Positions 1 to 8,291 of a DNA stretch of 64,000 nt are shown piece after piece. The stretch is from an uncultured cyanobacterium (GTDB lineage Bacteria; Cyanobacteriota; Cyanobacteriia; Cyanobacteriales; Geitlerinemataceae). Position 1 is the stretch's first letter, and each line of letters starts with the position of its first letter. The stretch spans positions 48,784 to 112,783 of the forward strand of contig CAKZKB010000529.1 of NCBI GenBank assembly GCA_937121005.1, in the 5' to 3' direction. Under the pieces are notes generated by a model. The model did not search any database and was not told the origin of the DNA. It saw only the letters and a program-made list of their open reading frames with translations. Position numbers and translations under genes: made by a program.

Positions 1-11
1 AAGCTCGCAAG

Positions 12-659
12 TTGGGGGTGATGGAAGCTCGCGACTACGAAACGGCTGTTGACTTGCCTGACATTAAAGCGGCCAAGCGCTTGCGGGGACGGGCGCTGTC
101 GGCCGAGGAAATCGGGCGGTTGTTTGCGGTATGCGATCGCGATGCCAGCGCGTTAGGGGTCAGAGATGGAGCCTTGATGGCCGTTTTGCGAGGGGCGGGG
201 TTGCGACGAGCCGAGGTGGTGAAGTTGCGGCTGAAGGATTTCGACGAACAGACTGGGGCCTTGGAAGTGTTGGGAGGTAAGGGGGGGAAAGATCGGCGGG
301 CGTACTTGCCCGAAAGCGCTCTGTCGCGGGTGTCGCGGTGGCTCGATCGTCGGGGACGGCGACCGGGGGCGCTGCTGTGTCCGGTTCGCAAAGGCGGGGC
401 CATCGAGATTCGCCACATGACCCCCCAGGCGGTGTTGTTAATCGTGCAGAAACGGGCGCGACAGGCGGGGGTGGAGTCGTTTTCCCCTCACGATTTTCGG
501 CGCACCTTCTGTTCGGATTTATTGGATGCGGGAGTCGATATTGTCACGGTGCAAAAGTTGGCGGGACACGCTTCGCCGATGACGACGGCCAAGTACGACA
601 GGCGGGGGGAAGCGGTGAAGCGACGGGCGGTGCAGCGATTGGAGATGCCGCCGGGGTAG
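12..659 (+). CDS. Tyrosine recombinase / phage-type integrase, catalytic C-terminal part; the frame is open to the window edge, so the 5' end is probably outside the window
   Basis: The ORF translation carries integrase catalytic-domain signatures (SPHDFRRTF, LAGHASPMTTAKYDRR with H-x-x-R and the terminal Tyr). There is no stop codon between position 3 and 12. Confidence 0.85.
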   Translation: MGVMEARDYETAVDLPDIKAAKRLRGRALSAEEIGRLFAVCDRDASALGVRDGALMAVLRGAGLRRAEVVKLRLKDFDEQTGALEVLGGKGGKDRRAYLPESALSRVSRWLDRRGRRPGALLCPVRKGGAIEIRHMTPQAVLLIVQKRARQAGVESFSPHDFRRTFCSDLLDAGVDIVTVQKLAGHASPMTTAKYDRRGEAVKRRAVQRLEMPPG

Positions 660-708
660 GAATGAGGCAGCTACCGAGTGGGTAGCTGCCCAGTCCCGAC
701 GATCGCCG

Positions 709-1809
709 TTACCGTTGCTTCGAGGCGGAAATTTGTTCGGCGCACAGCGCAATGGGCAAGACAAAGACGTATTCCGAGAGTTTTTGGTTGGGAGGATGTC
801 CCAATTTTACGGAGCCATTGTTTCCCTCTTCCGACGGGCGACCGTTTTCTCCTTGAGCCGAAACCGGAAGGAAATAAACGTTGTCTTGACCGAAGGTATG
901 AAATAAGTTGTCAATCAATCGGACTTTCAGTACCTGGTTGAGAGCCATCTTCAGAGGTTGGGAGTCCGGATCGTCTCCTAAAGCATCGCCAATGTTTTGA
1001 AGGCATTTCATTGACGTTTGAGAGATCTGTGTGGCGATTTGCTTTTGGTCGGCAACATTTTGATTGGGAGCCAATTTAGATCCCGTGCCAATCAAAGAAG
1101 AGAGTCCAGCAAAAGAATCGGTTTGGTAGTGGCGAGAGGCAACCAAAACTTGTTGGTTTTGCAGGAACTGGTACAAGGGCGTGAGGAAAAACTGCCCGTC
1201 GCCCTCTTCGCTAACGAATAGATCCGCTTTAGGAACAACGCAGATGAAGTTCGTGTTTTTGAGCCGATCGCCCTTTTGGGAGCGCAAATCTTGCAAAAGT
1301 TTCTGAAGCAGTTGCAGTTGAGACACCTCAGCCCGATTCTGACGAGACTGGGACAGGCGAATGTAATTATCTTGCATCGGCTTCCAAGTTTTTTCCTCGT
1401 CGCCGTTAATCAGCTTCTCGCGGATGCAAGGTTCGATGGACAAGTCAAAGAAGAAAATCACGGTCTCTGCATTTTTGAGAATTCGCAAGACAGCCGGATC
1501 CGAACCTTCTTCCGTTAAGCTGCGGGCAGCCACTTCTCCGGGAATGTCAGTAAATACGAAATGAGTGGTTTCGTAAGCATCCGTTGGAAACTCCAACGCT
1601 AGTTTAATACTTTGCCGCCATCCTTCTTTGGTGGGACTGGGCATTTGACCGGCCCAATAGCGACCGTTCAAATGCTTCATTTGGGCTTCATCGCTGGGAG
1701 CATCAAAACTGATGGTTGCCCCCATAGCCGCCACGTAGTTATAAAAGGCTGTAAAGCCCGTGAGCATGACTGTCGATTTGCCCGTACCCGGACTTCCCAA
1801 CAGAATCAC
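709..1809 (-). CDS. P-loop GTPase-like NTPase (TRAFAC-like), 366 aa from a GTG start
   Basis: G1 GSPGTGKST lies at the extreme N-terminus, with G3-like FTDIPGE and G4-like VVPKADLF. The GTG start overlaps the upstream stop (GTGA at 1806-1809). Confidence 0.7.
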   Translation of the reverse strand: MILLGSPGTGKSTVMLTGFTAFYNYVAAMGATISFDAPSDEAQMKHLNGRYWAGQMPSPTKEGWRQSIKLALEFPTDAYETTHFVFTDIPGEVAARSLTEEGSDPAVLRILKNAETVIFFFDLSIEPCIREKLINGDEEKTWKPMQDNYIRLSQSRQNRAEVSQLQLLQKLLQDLRSQKGDRLKNTNFICVVPKADLFVSEEGDGQFFLTPLYQFLQNQQVLVASRHYQTDSFAGLSSLIGTGSKLAPNQNVADQKQIATQISQTSMKCLQNIGDALGDDPDSQPLKMALNQVLKVRLIDNLFHTFGQDNVYFLPVSAQGENGRPSEEGNNGSVKLGHPPNQKLSEYVFVLPIALCAEQISASKQR

Positions 1810-2675
1810 CGAATGCGTTTTGCCCTGTTTGGGATACCAGTTACATCGGTATGGCTAACCGGATCGATCTCCAACTCTTGTCCTGGTTTCGGCGCAGAAG
1901 AAAGAGCACTGGCTGGCCCGTTACAAGCAAAATGAACGAACTGGGTCACTTGTTGGCTAAAATTTTGCACCAGTCGCTCGACGGTAATCGAGGAACTGTT
2001 CTCCGAGCCATCGTTGCTGACTAGATTATTTCGTTCTTGACGCATGGCTTTAACAAAATTTTCGTCCCAACCTAAATTGGCATTGCTCAGTACCACTTCG
2101 GAGCAAAGAAGTTGGTGAAATTGCTTGGGCGAAACAACGGTAATCCGAGGCAAGGTAAAGCAAACGTTGCTTTTGATGCCTAAGTCCTTAACCGTTTCTA
2201 AGTGATTTTGACTTTTGTGACCTAACAAAATGGCGAGGACGAACTGAACTCGGAGAATGCCTTCTTCCAGGTGGGGGAGGTGAGCAGCATTGACCTTTTT
2301 CGCCAACTCTAGCAGTTGAGTAAAATACTGCTGCAAGCCCGGACAGATCTCTTCGAGAAGTAGATCGATTTGTTGGGGCTGCGTACTGTATTGTTTCATC
2401 CACCGAGCGACAAAATTCTGCTCGAAAATTAGATCGACGAGGGAACCCGATAGAGAACGCGGTTCTAAACCAACAATCAAGTTTTCTTGCAGTTCTTTGC
2501 AGGTTTTCTCAATGATTGTCGAGTCGGCATCAGAATCCTCGATCAGTTGACTAACTTCGCTGTGTCGTTTCAAGGCGTAGAAAATCTTCACCCACTCGAA
2601 ATAGTCGATATTCCCCATATAGCGATCGATGACTTCTGCCCCTGGGGTTCCCCGGTGAATGCCGTTGTCTTTCAT
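1806..2675 (-). CDS. Hypothetical protein (289 aa from the internal ATG MKDNGIHRG...), partner of the GTPase
   Basis: The long ORF is 1806..3002, but its first 109 codons overlap the neighbouring genes. The ATG at 2675 overlaps the stop of the 61-aa ORF (ATGA). I recognise no family. Confidence 0.6.
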   Translation of the reverse strand: MKDNGIHRGTPGAEVIDRYMGNIDYFEWVKIFYALKRHSEVSQLIEDSDADSTIIEKTCKELQENLIVGLEPRSLSGSLVDLIFEQNFVARWMKQYSTQPQQIDLLLEEICPGLQQYFTQLLELAKKVNAAHLPHLEEGILRVQFVLAILLGHKSQNHLETVKDLGIKSNVCFTLPRITVVSPKQFHQLLCSEVVLSNANLGWDENFVKAMRQERNNLVSNDGSENSSSITVERLVQNFSQQVTQFVHFACNGPASALSSAPKPGQELEIDPVSHTDVTGIPNRAKRIR

Positions 2676-2857
2676 CGTAGGTCGATTTGAGCGTCGTGGG
2701 ACAGGAAATAGTTCCCCAAACCAAAGGCGGCGGCGGCTTCCATTAACTGAAAGCGAATTTGGGCTTCGTAGCTGTTGGCTAGGGCCGCATTGGGGGCGAA
2801 AATGGCGCTGCTGGCAACGAGGGCGATGGCGGATTTGGCAATGTTGTTGAAGTTCAT
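2672..2857 (-). CDS. Small secreted protein (61 aa) with a predicted Sec signal peptide
   Basis: The sequence MNFNNIAKSAIALVASSAIFAPNAALA/NSYEAQ... has a hydrophobic core followed by an A-x-A site. The ORF is translationally coupled to the next ORF. Confidence 0.5.
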   Translation of the reverse strand: MNFNNIAKSAIALVASSAIFAPNAALANSYEAQIRFQLMEAAAAFGLGNYFLSHDAQIDLR

Positions 2858-2928
2858 GGTGACGTTCCAAATGGTTGTTGGTGTGCTTCTGTAGTCTTAT
2901 CGGGAGAGAATTGAAAATTATGCAGGGT

Positions 2929-3303
2929 TCAGCGCGACCAATCTTGAATTCGTTCTCGCGCCCTAGAAATGGCGGTACTGTTGTCAAGGGAAGCGACGAC
3001 AACTCCGTACAGCAAGCCGAGGTTGCCGGTCATGGCATCAGCTTTCTCTTCGTTGGGTTCGCTGGCATAGATACCAATCCCTAACACCATTGCACCGAGG
3101 AAAAACCCGGCTAAAGGCAGCCAACGGCGGGTATAGAAATAGCTAGCAGGGGGTAAGAGAATGCCAAGTAGAGCCGCTAGCCAAATCTGGCGTTTGGATA
3201 GTTTCACCACTCGGGCTAAGTCTTGGCGATCGAGGTTACGGTTGATGTCTTCGAGTTGCGTTTTCAGGTTGTTGTCGGGTTCGGGGGACATAACAGCCTC
3301 CAA
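2929..3303 (-). CDS. Hypothetical membrane protein (two predicted TM helices)
   Basis: Hydrophobic stretches IWLAALLGILLPPASYFY and LPLAGFFLGAMVLGIGIY are present. It runs in the same direction as the GTPase operon. Confidence 0.55.
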   Translation of the reverse strand: MEAVMSPEPDNNLKTQLEDINRNLDRQDLARVVKLSKRQIWLAALLGILLPPASYFYTRRWLPLAGFFLGAMVLGIGIYASEPNEEKADAMTGNLGLLYGVVVASLDNSTAISRARERIQDWSR

Positions 3304-3353
3304 AATGGTTGTTTTGTGAATTGAGAGCGGTTAGGTTTTAGGAGTAGGCGGGG

Positions 3354-3917
3354 TTAAAAGTAGACCGAGTTGACGGTTTCTCCATCGCCCGAGGAGGGGA
3401 CATCGTTCGATTCGTTGCTGGCCTCGAGTAGGTCTCGGGCCGCTTGGCAGGTTTGGGAAATACTGCCAACAATGGTGATGGCTTTCGTTTCGTCGCCCTG
3501 TATCAGTCTGTTGAGGGCGGCGATCGCCCCTTCCATACAAGTGCCTACAGTGGTGATGCGATCTTGCTGCTGACTAAGTTGTGTCTCCAGTTCGCTAATG
3601 TGCTGTTGGCGATCGCGCAGTTGTTGCTGCAAGTCGTTGGCTTCTTGTTGCAGGCGATCGCGATCCTGGAGTTGCGCTTCGAGTTCGCTGACTTGTTGGC
3701 GCAGTTGGTCGCGTTCGCTGGCGATGGACTCGCTGGCTGCGACTTGTTGCTGTAGGTGTTGGACTTGCTGTTGCAGTTCCTCCGTGCCCTGGGCGATCGC
3801 GCCATCTTGGGGCTCGTTTTGGAGGCGGACGTAGAGGAAACTGCCGGCCCCAACGGTGACTCCAATGGCAATGGCTAGTCCGGCGGCGAACCAATGGGTT
3901 CCCTGGATACGAGTCAT
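3354..3917 (-). CDS. Membrane-anchored Q/E-rich coiled-coil protein
   Basis: It has an N-terminal TM segment (WFAAGLAIAIGVTVGAGSFLYV). This is followed by heptad-like LQQQVQHLQQQ...ELEAQLQDRDRLQQE repeats. Confidence 0.65.
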   Translation of the reverse strand: MTRIQGTHWFAAGLAIAIGVTVGAGSFLYVRLQNEPQDGAIAQGTEELQQQVQHLQQQVAASESIASERDQLRQQVSELEAQLQDRDRLQQEANDLQQQLRDRQQHISELETQLSQQQDRITTVGTCMEGAIAALNRLIQGDETKAITIVGSISQTCQAARDLLEASNESNDVPSSGDGETVNSVYF

Positions 3918-4049
3918 GGGGGAAACGCTCCTGAGTGCGATCGTTCGCGATAATGTCGGGAGCGGAATCTGAAAAAATGCACTATCGATGCGGGAGCGTT
4001 ACAAAATTTCATATTTGGCCGGAACGCGATCGGTTCTGGGACTGGTAGA

Positions 4050-7000
4050 ATGGGGCAAACTTTAGCGATGCGAGCCATGAAGGGCGATCGAGGGGCGATC
4101 GGATGGATAGGAGCGGCGGTGCTGGTCTGGAGCGCACCGTTTCCGGTCGTGGCGCAGGTGATTCCCGATACGACGTTGCCTAGCGATTCGGTTGTGAATG
4201 TGGATGGTGCGACCTTCGTGATTGATGGGGGAACGGCAGCCAACGGCAATTTATTTCACAGTTTCGAGGAGTTTTCCGTGCCGACGGGAGGCGCAGCGTT
4301 GTTCAATAATGCAGTGGGAATTGAGAATATTTTCAGTCGCGTTACGGGGAGTTCGATTTCAGAGATCGATGGTGTTTTAGGAGCCAATGGAACGGCGAAT
4401 CTGTTTTTCTTGAACCCGAACGGGATTGTATTCGGGCCGAATGCACGGTTGGAGTTAGGCGGTTCGTTTGTGGCTTCGACGGCCGATAGCGTGGTATTTG
4501 ACAATGGGTTTGAGTTTAGTGCTAGCAATCCCCAGGTTGAGTCGTTATTGGCTGTGGATATGCCCATGGGGTTGCAATTTCGAGACAATCCGGGGGATAT
4601 CGTCGTTCGGGGTGAAGGAACGAACTTTCCCCCAACTGTTGAAGGAGAAACCCCAGAACAGACAATCGATCTCATAATCCAGTCTCAAACTGAATTTCTC
4701 AATAACTCAGTGGGATTGCGCGTTGAAACTGGAGAAACCCTGGCCTTAGTGGGTGGCCATATTGATTTAGATGGGGGAATTCTCAAAACGCCATCGGGAC
4801 GAATTGAATTGGGAAGTGTGGGGTCAGGAGAGGAAGTTGCCATTGAGTCCCTGAACCGAGGCTGGCAACTCGACTACACGGGAGTAGCCAGTTTTCGAGA
4901 TCTATCCTTAAGCCAGGAAGCTGGTGTGACGGCTAGTGGTGAAGGGGGAGGGGAAATTCGGATCCGAGGTGGGAGCGTTACCCTCAGTGGAAACACTTTA
5001 ATTGTTGCCGATACCCTAGGAACTGGAGACGGAAGCGGTATCGATCTAACGGTGGGACAGTTGAGTGTTCGTGAAGGGTCAAGGATTACGGCGGGCACAG
5101 TGCGAGAGGGGAATGCCGGCGATGTCAGCATCCTCGCCAGTACAGTAGAAGTCCTCGATGGAGCTCAGTTGTCTACCTTTACCTTGGGCAGGGGGGATGG
5201 AGGAACGGTGACGGTAGAAGCCACTGATACTATCCTCTTCTCTGGGACGAACCTTGATGGGTTTAGTAGTAGTAGTGGTGCGTTCAGTCGCGTGGAACCA
5301 GGGGGGGAAGGGAATGCGGGTGGTCTCAGCATCGTCGCCAATTCGGTAGAAGTCCTCAATGGAGCTCAGTTGTCTTCGAGTACCAATGGCATGGGGGATG
5401 GGGGAACGGTGAGGGTAGAAGCTACTGACACCATCCTCTTCTCAGGTACAAACCCTGATGGGTTTCCTAGTGGTGCGTTCAGCCGAGTGAACTCAGGGGG
5501 GGGAAGGGAATGCGGGTGGTCTCAGCATCGTTGCTAGTACAGTAGAAGTGCGCGATGGAGCATTTTTGTCTTCGAGTACCAATGGCATGGGTGATGCAGG
5601 GATGGTGACGATAGAAGCCACTGAGAACATCCTTTTCTCGGGCACAAACCCTAATGGGTTTGCTAGTGGTGCGGTCAGCGACGTAAACCCAGGAGGGAAA
5701 GGGAATGCGGGTGGTCTCAGCATCGTTGCTAGTACAGTAGAAGTGCGCGATGGAGCATTTTTGTCTTCGAGTACCAATGGCATGGGTGATGCAGGGATGG
5801 TGACGATAGAAGCCACTGACACCATCCTTTTCTCAGGCACAAACCCTGATGGGTTTGGTAGTAGTGTCCTCAGTAACGTGAACTCAGAAGGGGAAGGGAA
5901 TGCGGGCGATATCAGCATCGTTGCCAGTACAATAGAAGTGCGCGATGGAGCTCAGTTATCTTCAAGTACTCGTGGTATGGGGAATGGGGGAGCGGTGAGG
6001 GTAGAAGCCACCGATACTATCCTCTTTTCAGGCACGGACGCTGATGGGTTTGGTAGTGGTGCGTTCAGCCAACTGAACTCAGGAGGGGAAGGGAATGCGG
6101 GCGATGTCAGCATCGTTGCTAGTACAGTAGAAGTGCGCGATGGAGCTCAGTTGTCTTCAAGTACTCGTGGTATGGGGAATGGGGGAGCGGTGAGGGTAGA
6201 AGCCACCGATACTATCCTCTTCTCGGGTAGTGGTGCGGTCAGCGACGTGAACCCAGGAGGGAAAGGGAATGCGGGCGATGTCAGCATCGTTGCTAGTACA
6301 GTAGAAGTGCGCGATGGGGCTGTGTTGTCTTCGAGAACCTTCGGCATGGGGAATGGAGGGATGGTGAGGGTAGAAGCCAGCGATACCATCCTCTTCTCGG
6401 GCACGGACGCTGATGGGTCGCCTAGTGGTGCGTTCAGTCGCGTGGAACCAGGAGGGGAAGGGAATGCGGGCGATGTCAGTCTTGTTGCCAGTACAGTAGA
6501 AGTTCGTGATGGAGCAGCGTTGTCTTCAGAAAATGTCGCTTCCTTCAATGCACCCGATCGCGAGTTTGGTAATAACTTCCGTGCTGGTAATCTGATCGTG
6601 CAAGCTGAATCGATTCAACTGACTGACGAAGCTGCCATCATTTCCAATACCCGAGGGCAAGGTGGCAACATCCAACTTAATTCGGGGACAATTATTTTAC
6701 GTCGCAACAGCAACGTCCGTACTAATGCAACGGGAACTTTCCCCGGTGGGAACATTACTATGGATACCGGTACGCTTGCTGCCCTGGAAAACAGCGACAT
6801 TACCGCCAATGCTACCAATGCAGCCGGGGGCAATGTCATTATCAATACGCAAGGAATTTTCGGCACAGAATTTCGCGAATTCGAGACCCCACAAAGTGAT
6901 ATTACTGCGACTGGAGCGACCCGAGAATTGCAAGGAACAGTTGAAATTAACACCCCCGATGTTGATAGTACCCAAGGCATTATCGAACTTCCCCAAACCG

Positions 7001-7368
7001 TCACCGATCCCAGAGAACTCCTCTCGCAAAATCCCTGCGTACAGGGTGCAGATAGCGAGTTTTCAGATATTGGAACGGGAGGATTTCCGGCGGGGCCGGA
7101 CGAACCGCCGACTCAGGCGGGGGTAGAAGCCAGTTGGATCGAATTCGACACGGACGATCGCCCCGAGCCCACGACAACCCTATCCTCCACAGAGTTTCTC
7201 GATCGACCCCAACCCATTGTCCCGGCGCGGGGGTGGAGACTCGACGACACCGGACGAGTCACTTTTACCGCCGACGATCGCGAAACGTCGGTAGAATTGC
7301 CCGTTTCCTCCACCATTTTCCATCGCCCCGATACCGCCTGTTCCCCGAGGTTCCGCTCCGGGCCATAA
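4050..7368 (+). pseudogene. TpsA1: filamentous-haemagglutinin-type two-partner-secretion exoprotein, split into ORFs 4050..5537 and 5548..7368 by a +1 frameshift in a G8 run
   Basis: The N-terminal TPS domain is present (NLFHSFEEFSV, ANLFFLNPNGIVFGPNARL). About 65-aa beta-helix repeats follow. Removing one G from 5496-5503 restores ...NSGGEGNAGGLSIVASTVEVRDGAFLSS... across the break. Confidence 0.85.
5100..6500 (+). repeat. Tandem ~195-bp (65-aa) coding repeats inside tpsA1
   Basis: The unit ...GNAGxxSIVASTVEVRDGAxLSSSTxGMGxGGxVxVEATDTILFSGTxxDGF... recurs about 7 times. Units starting at 5518 and 5713 share a perfect stretch of about 104 nt. Confidence 0.85.
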
Positions 7369-7369
7369 T
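7337..7369 (+). repeat. 33-bp direct repeat, copy A (3' end of tpsA1)
   Basis: CCTGTTCCCCGAGGTTCCGCTCCGGGCCATAAT matches 8309-8341 at 31 of 33 positions. Confidence 0.9.
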
Positions 7370-7391
7370 TGAGTTCGCGATCGCGCCTCAT

Positions 7392-7808
7392 CTACACTGC
7401 AACCAACGACTCCGAATTTTCCCAAGCGATCGTCCCTTCCAGTCCGCCCGATTCCGCAAAGGTTTTAGCCGCCAACAATGCCGTCTGCAAGCCCACACAG
7501 ATTTTAGCCGGAAACGTCCCCAATTGCCCGCCAACAACCCGTTTTTCCACGCCCGAAGAGCGATCGCCATCGACTGAATTATAAAACTCAACGTTATCAA
7601 AAGTGGCCGTGACAATATATTTACCGTCTTCACCGCCGCCAATGGACATATAAGTATCTTCGTCAACTCCCAACGTGACTAAAGTTCGGGTTTTGCCATC
7701 GAGTTGGCCAATTGCTGCTTCAATTTGTTGCCAATTTGGGTTCTCAATGAGATCTCCTTCATCTTTGTTGCCAACCCAGTTTTCAATAGATAAATCGACG
7801 ACAAACAT
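7392..7808 (-). CDS. Putative immunity protein (Imm1-like) of the adjacent deaminase module
   Basis: This 138-aa acidic cytoplasmic ORF starts where the deaminase frame stops (they share position 7808). NPNWQQIEAAIGQLDG...MSIGGGEDGKY resembles the W...GG signature of Imm1-type immunity proteins. Confidence 0.55.
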   Translation of the reverse strand: MFVVDLSIENWVGNKDEGDLIENPNWQQIEAAIGQLDGKTRTLVTLGVDEDTYMSIGGGEDGKYIVTATFDNVEFYNSVDGDRSSGVEKRVVGGQLGTFPAKICVGLQTALLAAKTFAESGGLEGTIAWENSESLVAV

Positions 7809-8230
7809 TACTTTCTCCTTGATTTGGGTGGTTTAACGGCGATCGCCTGGCTGCCACTCGGTGCGACAATTTCTAACTCTTCTATTCCCAATTGCCAAGC
7901 CATAGAATTAACGCCTCCGCGAACGCCACAAGCCGCACAAAGGTCGCGATCGACGATTAAACGAGCTCTGCTAGCGCTAATTCCTGCATCGGCCGCTTGC
8001 TGGAACGCATCCGCTTCAGCATGGGTTTTGGTAATCGGATTCACCTTAAATTTTATATCACGAAAATCAGGATTGCTGCCAGAATTGATACCGAAAAAAC
8101 TAAAACCGCCGATTTCCAGTTTGGCGATCGTGGCTCTATCCGCTTCGCTTCCAGCAGGAGGTAGATTGAGTTGCTGTCTGTACCGAGCGAGTTCGTCAAA
8201 ATGCTGTTCGTTTGTCCTCTCCTCCTCAGT
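7808..8230 (-). pseudogene. Start-less nucleic-acid deaminase toxin domain (the ORF track calls only 7808..8044 from a GTG)
   Basis: The frame is open from 8230: ...ATIAKLEIGGFSFFGINSG...VNPITKTHAEADAFQQA...DRDLCAACG. The zinc-binding H-A-E and C-x-x-C motifs of the deaminase fold are present. There is no ATG, GTG or TTG upstream of the GTG, which lies 7 codons before HAE. Confidence 0.6.
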
Positions 8231-8291
8231 CTATCGCTCTATTGTAGTGCGATCGCGTTACAATCCGATCGCGCCTCGCCGCACAAGAACC

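Noticed and set aside
1806-3002. The full 398-aa version of the ORF upstream of the GTPase
   Set aside because: Its first 109 codons (Arg/Gln/His-rich, low complexity) overlap the 61-aa ORF and the end of the TM-protein gene. The ATGA-coupled internal ATG at 2675 is the better start.
3370-3894. Alternative-frame ORFs overlapping the coiled-coil gene (3444..3755, 3545..3871, 3595..3894, 3598..3834)
   Set aside because: The CAG/CTG-rich repeat sequence keeps several frames open. Only the 187-aa frame has a TM anchor plus a coherent heptad pattern.
7824-8291. A 156-codon N-terminal extension of the TpsB ORF
   Set aside because: It overlaps the minus-strand deaminase and immunity genes and has no protein-like features. 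The ATG at 8292 is followed by a proper signal peptide.
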